From Candidatus Micrarchaeota archaeon (GTDB lineage Archaea > Micrarchaeota > Micrarchaeia > Anstonellales > Bilamarchaeaceae): a stretch of 64,000 nucleotides of DNA. The translations under genes were made by a program, and so were the position numbers. The stretch lies in contig JBDRCX010000002.1 in assembly GCA_043821365.1 (NCBI GenBank), positions 96,001-160,000 of the forward strand, in the 5' to 3' direction. Under the pieces are notes generated by a model. The model had not been told where the DNA came from. It saw only the letters and a program-made list of their open reading frames with translations, and made no database searches. Each line of letters begins with the position of its first letter. The first letter of the stretch is position 1. Positions 56,093 to 64,000 of this stretch are shown piece by piece.

Positions 56093-57025
56093 ATGAAAAT
56101 CTCCATAGCGGAATTGAAAAACAATTCCGACTGTCGCGAACAAATAGCAGTTCGCTCCAAGCCAGAATGGCTTAAAGTTACAAGACCCAGAGGAGATGAA
56201 GTTGCTTTGTTTAATCGAGTGAGTACAGTTGTAAAATCAAATAATCTACATACAGTCTGTGATGAAGCAAGATGTCCAAATCGTTCTGCCTGTTGGAGTT
56301 CTGGTACAGCTACCTTTATGATTTTGGGAGATACGTGTACTAGATATTGTAAATTTTGCAGTGTAAAACATGCAAGAGAAGGCAATCCTATTGATGAAAC
56401 TGAATCAGAAAGACTTGCAAAAGCATCAGCAGGGCTTAGGCTTGGTTATGTTGTTATAACCTCAGTTGATAGGGATGATCTTCTTGATCGCGGGGCAAAT
56501 CATTTTGCCAAATGTATTTCTGCAGTTAAATCAAAAAATCCAAATGCAAAAGTTGAAGTTTTAACTCCTGATTTTGATGGCAATAAAGACTTGATCAAAG
56601 TTGTTGTTGATTCGAAGCCAGATGTTTTTGCACATAATGTCGAAAGTGTTGAGAGGCTTGAAACCATACGTGACATAAGGGCAAAATACAAACGCTCACT
56701 CGACGTTCTTAAAATAGTAAAACAAATCGATCCAAACATGATAACAAAAAGTTCAATTCTTCTTGGTGTCGGGGAAAAAGAAGAAGAAGTTTTAGCAACA
56801 CTCAGAGATCTGCGTGAAGTTGGTGTCGATGCAGTGGTACTTGGACAATATTTACAACCATCCAAACAAAATCTTCCAGTTAGTGAGTATGTTACTCCAG
56901 ATCAATTCAAATTCTATGCTAAAAAAGCTAAAGAATTAGGATTTAGATTTGTTGTTTCTGAACCATTTGCAAGAACTTCCTACAAAGCAGAGCATATTTT
57001 CAAAGATTCTGAATCTCATATTTGA
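56093..57025 (+). CDS. lipA: Lipoyl synthase (radical SAM)
   Basis: [12 protein letters not shown] (CX4CX5C), CTRYCKFC (CX3CX2C), [22 protein letters not shown]. Confidence 0.96.
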   Translation: MKISIAELKNNSDCREQIAVRSKPEWLKVTRPRGDEVALFNRVSTVVKSNNLHTVCDEARCPNRSACWSSGTATFMILGDTCTRYCKFCSVKHAREGNPIDETESERLAKASAGLRLGYVVITSVDRDDLLDRGANHFAKCISAVKSKNPNAKVEVLTPDFDGNKDLIKVVVDSKPDVFAHNVESVERLETIRDIRAKYKRSLDVLKIVKQIDPNMITKSSILLGVGEKEEEVLATLRDLREVGVDAVVLGQYLQPSKQNLPVSEYVTPDQFKFYAKKAKELGFRFVVSEPFARTSYKAEHIFKDSESHI

Positions 57026-58452
57026 GCAGAACAACAGGTCAGTACTGGCTCTCTGGCAGCTTTAACTCCATCAAGTCTTTTTACTGGTAAGGTGTGGGGT
57101 GCTTTTTTTACAAGTTCTGGGTTTGTTTCTGCTTCATTCAGTATCTTTACCATTGCATCTACAAACATATCCATAGTTTCTCTTGTTTCAGTTTCTGTTG
57201 GTTCAATCATTATTGCCCCATGTACAATTAGAGGGAAATAGATTGTGGGTGCATGATAACCATAGTCTAAGAGTCTCTTTGCAATGTCCATTGTGGTTAC
57301 TCCATTAGGTACCTTTTTGTCATTGAGTACGAATTCATGCTGGCAAATTCTATTGTAAGGCAATTCAAAGTGTTTCATAAGTTTCACACGCATGTAATTT
57401 GCATTGAGTACAGCATTTTCACTCACTCTTAGAAGTCCTTCTGGTCCAAGTGCACGGATGTAAGTATATGCTCTTACCAAAACACCGAAATTTCCATAAA
57501 ATGTTTTTACTCTTCCGATTGAGTCTGAAATATCATAGTTCAAATAGTATTTATCGTCTTTTTTATCTACCATTGGTTTAGGTACAAAAGTTGATAATTT
57601 TTCAACTACTCCAACCCCCCCTGCTCCTGGTCCACCACCACCATGTGGAGTTGAGAATGTCTTGTGAAAATTAATGTGCATTATGTCAAAACCAGCATCC
57701 TTTGGCTTTGTAATTCCAATAATTGCATTGAAGTTTGCACCATCGCAATAAACCAAACCACCTTTTTCATGGACTATTTTACAAACTTCAACTATATTCT
57801 GATCAAAAAGTCCAAGTGTATTCGGGTTGGTGACCATAAGCCCTGCTGTTTGTTCGTCTACTTTTGATCTCAGGTCTTCTAGATCGACATTTCCATTACT
57901 ATCACTTTTCACACCCACTGATTCGAGTCCACAAAGAGTAACACTTGCTGGGTTGGTTCCGTGTGCTGAATCAGGTATTAATATTTTTTTCCGTTTTTGG
58001 CCATTTTTTTCAAAATAAGCCTTCATTATCATAACTCCAACTAATTCACCATGTGCTCCTGCAGCAGGTTGTAAAGTAAAACAATCAAAACCAGTTACCT
58101 CGCACATCATTTCCTGCATTTCATACATCATTTGCAATGCTCCCTGAGATAATTTTTCAGGTTGCAGTGGATGTATATTGGTAAATCCATTGAGTTTTGA
58201 CATATCTTCATTTATTTTTGGATTATATTTCATCGTACAACTTCCAAGAGGATAGAATCCAAGATCAACACCATAGTTTTTTCTACTCAATGCAGTGTAG
58301 TGTCTTACAACTTCAATTTCACTTAATTCAGGTATTTCAAGTTTTTTTCTAATGTGTTTTTCATCTATTCCAAGTTCACTATCTGGATAATTAGAATCAT
58401 CAAATGTTACTGCGTTTCTTCCTTTGCCACCACAATCAAATATGGTTTTCAT
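57016..58452 (-). CDS. gcvPB: Glycine dehydrogenase (decarboxylating) subunit 2
   Basis: [48 protein letters not shown]. Confidence 0.96.
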   Translation of the reverse strand: MKTIFDCGGKGRNAVTFDDSNYPDSELGIDEKHIRKKLEIPELSEIEVVRHYTALSRKNYGVDLGFYPLGSCTMKYNPKINEDMSKLNGFTNIHPLQPEKLSQGALQMMYEMQEMMCEVTGFDCFTLQPAAGAHGELVGVMIMKAYFEKNGQKRKKILIPDSAHGTNPASVTLCGLESVGVKSDSNGNVDLEDLRSKVDEQTAGLMVTNPNTLGLFDQNIVEVCKIVHEKGGLVYCDGANFNAIIGITKPKDAGFDIMHINFHKTFSTPHGGGGPGAGGVGVVEKLSTFVPKPMVDKKDDKYYLNYDISDSIGRVKTFYGNFGVLVRAYTYIRALGPEGLLRVSENAVLNANYMRVKLMKHFELPYNRICQHEFVLNDKKVPNGVTTMDIAKRLLDYGYHAPTIYFPLIVHGAIMIEPTETETRETMDMFVDAMVKILNEAETNPELVKKAPHTLPVKRLDGVKAAREPVLTCCSAQI

Positions 58453-59795
58453 AGTGATCCCTCCAAAGCAGTGAAAAATTCATCAATATCTTTCTTGGTG
58501 TTCATCTCAGTAAATGAAACAAGAACACGGTCTTTCATGTCAGGATAAAATGGCCAGAGTTTTAGTCCAATTATGAACTTTTTCTTAACAAGTTCATCAA
58601 AAACATTTTCTGCCTTAGGAATCCCAACACAAAACTCATTGAAACAATTAGCATTGTGCACTTTCATATTCATGTCACTAAACTTCTTTTTTGCATAAGC
58701 CGTATTCCTAGCACATATTTCTGATGCTTTTTGTAATCCATTTTTTCCAAGCATAGATAGATGAATGGTTGCAGCAAGTGCACACAATGCCTGATTGCTG
58801 CAAATATTGCTTGATGCCTTTTCTCTTCTAATATGCTGTTCTCTTGCCTGTAAGGTTAATATGAAACCATCCTTTCCTTCACTATCTTTTGTTTTACCAA
58901 CAAGCCTACCAGGTATCCGCCTCATGAAATCATTTTTGCATGCTATCACACCCAAATGCGGCCCTCCGAAAGCCATTGGATTACCAAAGCTCTGCGCTTC
59001 ACATGCTGCAATATCCATCCCAAGCTCTCCTGGCGATTTTAGTAAACCAAGCGCATACATCTCCTGTACGGATGCTATTGCTACTGCACCTTTTGCATGT
59101 GCTAGTGAAGATATTTTTTCAAGATCCTCTAGTGTACCAAAAAAATTTGGATATTGTACAATAACACATGCTGTTTTTTCATCAATTATTTTTTCTAGTT
59201 CTGAAATGTCTGTTTCGAGTTTACTATCAAATCCAATCTCCACTATTTCAAGTTCGTTTGCAGTTGCATATGTTTGTACCACTGCTCTATATTCTGGATT
59301 TACAGTTTTGCTGATGATTATTTTTTTCTTTTCATTATGGTTCTTCGCCATCATCACAGCTTCAGCAAGTGCAGATGCTCCGCAATACATAGATGCATTG
59401 GCAAGATCCATGCCAGTTATCTCTGAAATATATGTCTGAAATTCGAAAATTGCCTGTAAAATCCCCTGTGATATTTCTGGTTGATATGGGGTATATGCAG
59501 TATAAAACTCACTTCTATAAGCCAAATGGCCAACTGCAGAAGGAATAAAATGATTATAGCATCCTGCACCTAAAAAACTTATGTACTCCCTGGTACTTGC
59601 ATTTTTTTTACTTAAAGATTCAACTAGTTCAGATACACTTTTTTCATCCATTCTTTTTGGAATTTTCAATCCATCCTTTATGAGGATGTTTTCAGGTATG
59701 TCTACAAACAGATCTTTAATTGATTTTACTCCTATTTCCTTCAACATTTCCTCTCTGTCTTTATCAGTATTTGGTGCAAAATCCATAGAAAACAC
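58449..59795 (-). CDS. gcvPA: Glycine dehydrogenase (decarboxylating) subunit 1
   Basis: [49 protein letters not shown]. Confidence 0.96.
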   Translation of the reverse strand: MFSMDFAPNTDKDREEMLKEIGVKSIKDLFVDIPENILIKDGLKIPKRMDEKSVSELVESLSKKNASTREYISFLGAGCYNHFIPSAVGHLAYRSEFYTAYTPYQPEISQGILQAIFEFQTYISEITGMDLANASMYCGASALAEAVMMAKNHNEKKKIIISKTVNPEYRAVVQTYATANELEIVEIGFDSKLETDISELEKIIDEKTACVIVQYPNFFGTLEDLEKISSLAHAKGAVAIASVQEMYALGLLKSPGELGMDIAACEAQSFGNPMAFGGPHLGVIACKNDFMRRIPGRLVGKTKDSEGKDGFILTLQAREQHIRREKASSNICSNQALCALAATIHLSMLGKNGLQKASEICARNTAYAKKKFSDMNMKVHNANCFNEFCVGIPKAENVFDELVKKKFIIGLKLWPFYPDMKDRVLVSFTEMNTKKDIDEFFTALEGSL

Positions 59796-60188
59796 CTAGT
59801 GTTGATTTTCTTTTAGGTATTGTTCGTATTGCTCTGGATCAAGAAGAGTTTTTGATTGATCCATTGAGCTTAATTTTATCTTTACTATCCAACCATTTCC
59901 GTATGGGTCCTGGTTTATATTTTCAGGTGTTCTACCAAGCGCTTCATTAACCTCAACTATCTCACCTGACATCGGAGCATAAATATCGGATACACTCTTT
60001 ACGCTTTCCACTACTGTCACCCTCGTTGCCTGTTCTACTAGCTTTCCTTTTTGGGGAAGCTCGACAAATACAATGTCGGTTAATGCATGTTGCGCATAAT
60101 CAGTTATGCCAATAATCCCAAACTCTCCCTCGATTTTTATCCATTCATGTTCCTTTGTATACATTCTGTCTTTTGGAATGTTTGTCAA
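59796..60188 (-). CDS. gcvH: Glycine cleavage system H protein
   Basis: HEWI, GITDYAQ, VESVKSVSD (lipoyl-Lys), DPYGNGW. Confidence 0.97.
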   Translation of the reverse strand: MTNIPKDRMYTKEHEWIKIEGEFGIIGITDYAQHALTDIVFVELPQKGKLVEQATRVTVVESVKSVSDIYAPMSGEIVEVNEALGRTPENINQDPYGNGWIVKIKLSSMDQSKTLLDPEQYEQYLKENQH

Positions 60189-60192
60189 AAAA

Positions 60193-61290
60193 TCACCTTT
60201 TTCTTTTGTAAAAGGGCCTCTCTACTACTTTTGCTTTGTGTACAGTCCCCCTTATAAGAATGTCTAGTTCTGTTCCAACTTCGGAAAATTCTTTTTCAAC
60301 ATAGCCAAGTCCAACTGGCTTTTTTAATGTCGGGCAGTAGCTGCCTGATGTCACCACTCCGATATTCTTTCCATCAACTTGAAATTCATAGCCATGTCTT
60401 GCTATGGCACTTCCAATCATTTCAAAACCCACGAGCTTTTTCTTTACTCCATCTGCAAGTTGGGTTTCCAATGCCTGTTTTCCTATAAATTCTTTTTCAA
60501 ATGCAACGACTTTATCAAGCCCTGCTTCAAGAGGGGTGTGTTGGTCATCCATATCGTTTCCATAAAGCATCATTGCACACTCAAGTCTGAGTGTGTCTCT
60601 TGCTCCCAATCCGCATGGTTTTATGCCAAATTCACTTCCATTGGTAAGGATATCTTCCCATATCTTTACTGTGTTTCTGTCATCGGAATATATCTCGAAA
60701 CCATCCTCACCAGTGTAGCCAGTTCTACTTACTATACAATCAAGGCCAGACACCTTCCCCTCAACAAATTTATAGTATTTTAGGAGACTAAAGTCTATGT
60801 CTGATATTTTTGACAGGGTGGCTTGTGCATTCGGTCCTTGGAGATCAAGTTTCATTGTTGTCTGGCTAACATTTGTTAATTTTACATCAAGTCCTTTTGC
60901 ATTTTCAACAAGCCAATTATAATCTTTTTCTATGTTTGAAGCATTTATAACTACAAAATATTTCTTATCGTTGAATTTATAAAAAAGTAGATCATCTATT
61001 ACTGTTCCTTTTGGATAGAGCATTGTACTATATTTTATGCTATTATCTTTCATCCCAGTGAGGTCACGGGTAAGGCATTTTTGTAATAAAGTGAAAGCAT
61101 CATTTCCTTCAACCCATATCTCGCCCATATGACAAATATCGAAAATACCAACTTTCTGTCTGACTGTATTATGTTCATCTATGATGCTTGTATAATACAC
61201 TGGCAGTTCCCAACCTGCAAAATCAATAACATGCCCACCAAGCTTAACATGTTGTTCATAAAGAGAAGTTTTCTGTGGCATATCACTCAT
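60193..61290 (-). CDS. gcvT: Glycine cleavage system T protein (aminomethyltransferase)
   Basis: FAGWELP, FDICHMG, LQGP, RTGYTGEDGFEI, GLGARDTLRLE. Confidence 0.97.
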   Translation of the reverse strand: MSDMPQKTSLYEQHVKLGGHVIDFAGWELPVYYTSIIDEHNTVRQKVGIFDICHMGEIWVEGNDAFTLLQKCLTRDLTGMKDNSIKYSTMLYPKGTVIDDLLFYKFNDKKYFVVINASNIEKDYNWLVENAKGLDVKLTNVSQTTMKLDLQGPNAQATLSKISDIDFSLLKYYKFVEGKVSGLDCIVSRTGYTGEDGFEIYSDDRNTVKIWEDILTNGSEFGIKPCGLGARDTLRLECAMMLYGNDMDDQHTPLEAGLDKVVAFEKEFIGKQALETQLADGVKKKLVGFEMIGSAIARHGYEFQVDGKNIGVVTSGSYCPTLKKPVGLGYVEKEFSEVGTELDILIRGTVHKAKVVERPFYKRKR

Positions 61291-61303
61291 TTCACGTTAA
61301 TAT

Positions 61304-62605
61304 TTATAACCGCGTGTTTTTTCTTATGGCCATCTCCACCCCGACCTTTAGCAAATCATAGGTCTTTGAGACTGAGGGGCAATAGGCATTTTCATAATCT
61401 AGCATGTCAGTGAGTTTTGCATTTGAATATATTGCCTGTGCAATAAGGTTTATTCTATTTGTTGCACCAAACCCATATCCTTGCGCACCTAGTATTCTTC
61501 CACTTCCTTTTTCTGCAACTAATTTAAGCATTATTTTGTTGTTCTCTGGAAATGGTTCTGGTATGGCAAATGCATTTATCTTTGATGTTATTATTTCCAT
61601 ACCTAATTTTTTGGCTTCCCCTTCGGTTATGCCAGTTGATGCAACTTCATACCTGTCTATTCTTGATACAAAAGTCCCTAAGGTTCCAATATACTTTCTA
61701 TTGCCCCCAACTGCATTAACACCTGCAACCATTCCCTGAAGATATGCAATTGTTGACAACTTCGCATTACATGGTTTTTTTGTTATGAAATTAAAAGCAT
61801 GGCAGCAATCTCCTGCTGCATAAATATCTGGATCAGAAGTTTGCATAAGTTCATTAACTGAAATATTGCCATTTTCAATCTCAACAACATCTTGTGCAAG
61901 TTCAATGTTTGGTCGTACTCCTACTGCCAAAACCACCATATCTGTTTCTATTTCTGAATTTTCCAAAATTATTTTTTTGCCAACAATTTTCTGTACTTTC
62001 GAATTCAGAAGTAGGTCGATACCATTTTTTCTTATTTCATCTTCTAGCAAACTAGAAAGCTCATTGTCAAATGATTGTTGCATAACAGAGCCAAATGCTT
62101 CGGCTATTGTTACTTTTAGTCCTGCTTTTTTTAATGCAAAAGCTGTTTCTATCCCTATTGCGCCTGCACCTATGACAACCGCAGATTCAAATTCTTTTAT
62201 TTTCTTACTTACTGCTTCTGCATCTTGAAAAGAGTACAATCCAAATGCGTTTTCAATCCCCTCTATTCTTGGTTTGAATGCTTTACTTCCAGTCGAAATA
62301 AGCAGTTTATCATAAGAAACTGATTTTGTTCCCCCATCCTTTGTCAATTCAACTTTTTTATTTTCCTTATCTATTTTTGTTACCCGGGCAAATGTTATAT
62401 GTTCTATGCGCATTTTTCCAAGCATTGGATCGTGCTTGGTATCCTCTAATTTTATTGTACCATCCAATGCAAATGGTAAATAACAACTGTGTGCAAGGTA
62501 GTCTTTTTCATCAATAACACAAATTTCAGCATCTGGATTTTGTTTTCTTGCATAGAGTGCTGCAGCAAAGCCTGCAGGTCCAAAACCAACAATAACTAGC
62601 TTCAT
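61304..62605 (-). CDS. FAD-dependent NADH oxidase / CoA-disulfide reductase family
   Basis: GFGPAG, single redox Cys in HSCYLP, GAGAIG, YAAGDC, YCPSVS. Confidence 0.85.
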   Translation of the reverse strand: MKLVIVGFGPAGFAAALYARKQNPDAEICVIDEKDYLAHSCYLPFALDGTIKLEDTKHDPMLGKMRIEHITFARVTKIDKENKKVELTKDGGTKSVSYDKLLISTGSKAFKPRIEGIENAFGLYSFQDAEAVSKKIKEFESAVVIGAGAIGIETAFALKKAGLKVTIAEAFGSVMQQSFDNELSSLLEDEIRKNGIDLLLNSKVQKIVGKKIILENSEIETDMVVLAVGVRPNIELAQDVVEIENGNISVNELMQTSDPDIYAAGDCCHAFNFITKKPCNAKLSTIAYLQGMVAGVNAVGGNRKYIGTLGTFVSRIDRYEVASTGITEGEAKKLGMEIITSKINAFAIPEPFPENNKIMLKLVAEKGSGRILGAQGYGFGATNRINLIAQAIYSNAKLTDMLDYENAYCPSVSKTYDLLKVGVEMAIRKNTRL

Positions 62606-62696
62606 GATTAGTTAGGAGTACAAATAATTTATATGATTATATGTGAGAATCAGGTGTTAAATAAATAGAAAATTAAAAAATAAAAGATATTTAGTT

Positions 62697-63002
62697 TCAA
62701 CCAAAAAGATTTGCTAAACCTTCAGCTGCTTGTTCTTCTTTCTTTCCTTCGTCTTCCTTCTTTTCTTCTTTCTTTGCTTCAGCTGCAGGAGCTGCTGCAA
62801 CTGGTGCTGCTGCAACCATGGTTGATTGCTTTAGAAGGTCTTCGAAGTTTACTCCTTTTACTGCTTCTGCAAGAACTTTTGCTCGGGCTTCATCTACCTC
62901 TGCTCCGCTTGCTTTAACTACAGCTACAATTGCCTCTTGGCTAACTTCCTTTCCAGCTCCGTGCAAAACAAGCACGGCATGCAAATATGGATCTACTTTC
63001 AT
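62697..63002 (-). CDS. rpl12: 50S ribosomal protein L12 (aP1)
   Basis: YLHAVLVLH, AAAPVAAAPAA hinge, GLANLFG C-terminus. Confidence 0.96.
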   Translation of the reverse strand: MKVDPYLHAVLVLHGAGKEVSQEAIVAVVKASGAEVDEARAKVLAEAVKGVNFEDLLKQSTMVAAAPVAAAPAAEAKKEEKKEDEGKKEEQAAEGLANLFG

Positions 63003-63025
63003 TTCATATACACCTTTTTTCTTTA

Positions 63026-63880
63026 TTATTTACCCATACTCTCACAAGCTACACCTTGCTTTACTGCAGAGGTGAGAAGCTGCTCGATTGAGCTGGATGA
63101 ATATAATCCTCCGTTTAATGAGAAACTAATTCCTTGTTTTACTGCTTCACCCAAGAGCATATCGATGTTCTGCTCAGTTGGGTATTTGACATTCAATGAG
63201 AAATTCAATGCCTGTGACAAGCTAACTTGCATATCTACGTTTATGGTATCACATATATCCAAAAGATCTCTTGAATAAATGTATTCTCCGTCAAATCCAA
63301 ATATCAAATTAGCCATGACTTCAAAAGGCATGACACTTAGTGTCTGGAGTGCTTTAGCTTTTGCTTCGGTTATTTTTTCTCCGCTTTTAGCAACAACACT
63401 CTCTTTTGCTATTGTTATTTTACCTGCTTTAATCTGCGCATTTAGTCCTGCTGCCTTAAGTTCAGATAATGCTGGTCCTGCAGGAAGGTCAGTTTCACCT
63501 TCTGGGACAATTATATCTACTACAGCAACATCCCCTATCTTGGCTGCTCGTTTCTTCTTATTTTGTTTGAAAAATGAATTGAGTTCATATGCAGATTGAT
63601 TTGTGTAAATAAGTGCAACTGGTTTGTTACATTCACCTACTTTGGCTGCAAGTTTTTTGTTTGCTGCAAGCACCCTGCTTACAACGGGTTTCTTAAGAAC
63701 TAAAACTTGGCCCCCACCCTCTCTTACTTTCTTTCTAATCGATTGGAAAAGAGCATCAGGAAGCTTTCTTAAGTCAAGCATTGCAACTGTTTTATATTTT
63801 TTCATATCTTCCAATGCTTTCTGTACCTGTTCTACTTTTTTCTTTACTCGTTTTCTATTAATATCAGTTTTGTAAGTCAT
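63026..63880 (-). CDS. rpl10: 50S ribosomal protein L10 (P0)
   Basis: AKIGDVA, GETDLPAGP, GKITI, GEKIT; located between rpl1 and rpl12. Confidence 0.94.
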   Translation of the reverse strand: MTYKTDINRKRVKKKVEQVQKALEDMKKYKTVAMLDLRKLPDALFQSIRKKVREGGGQVLVLKKPVVSRVLAANKKLAAKVGECNKPVALIYTNQSAYELNSFFKQNKKKRAAKIGDVAVVDIIVPEGETDLPAGPALSELKAAGLNAQIKAGKITIAKESVVAKSGEKITEAKAKALQTLSVMPFEVMANLIFGFDGEYIYSRDLLDICDTINVDMQVSLSQALNFSLNVKYPTEQNIDMLLGEAVKQGISFSLNGGLYSSSSIEQLLTSAVKQGVACESMGK

Positions 63881-63888
63881 ACCCTCAC

Positions 63889-64000
63889 CTAAACAACTTT
63901 TATTGGCTTACCCATTGTAAGTTTTACGTAAACCGATTTGATGTTACCTTCATTTACTTTGTTTTTCACAGCATCATATACTGCTTCTGCGTTGTCAACA
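63889..64000 (-). CDS. rpl1: 50S ribosomal protein L1, C-terminal fragment (runs off window)
   Basis: Manual translation [11 protein letters not shown]...[18 protein letters not shown]; GGTGA SD for rpl10 follows. Confidence 0.92.
   Translation of the reverse strand, partial: VDNAEAVYDAVKNKVNEGNIKSVYVKLTMGKPIKVV

Overview
AT-rich archaeal chromosomal segment. It carries archaeal information-processing genes (archaeal-type ThrRS, class I LysRS, FEN1, aMBF1, Dph6, rpl1-P0-L12), an unlinked 5S rRNA and two intron-containing tRNAs. It also carries bacterial-type dnaK/dnaJ/grpE, purH, lipA and a full glycine cleavage system. My inference is a DPANN lineage, most likely Micrarchaeota-like. No CRISPR array, transposase or integrase was seen. 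Strongest novelty candidate: the thrS locus (about 5.2-10.7 kb). The ThrRS carries a complete YeaK/ProXp-y-like deacylase domain inserted between its archaeal editing domain and catalytic core, with His at the family's conserved Lys position. The gene just upstream fuses a second ThrRS-editing-like domain to a SAM methyltransferase, and both face away from an Lrp + class IV aminotransferase pair. Other highlights: (1) dispersed Arg-rich, Lys-poor proteins, several with similar R-L/R-Q-L N-termini; (2) an AblB/YodP-like acetyltransferase + M20 pair with an operator array; (3) an NlpC/P60 lipoprotein beside a glycoside hydrolase lipoprotein; (4) a tRNA-Asp D-loop intron that resembles neighbouring palindromes; (5) two small basic ORFs missed by the ORF track. 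All protein family calls come from motif recognition by eye; no searches were run.
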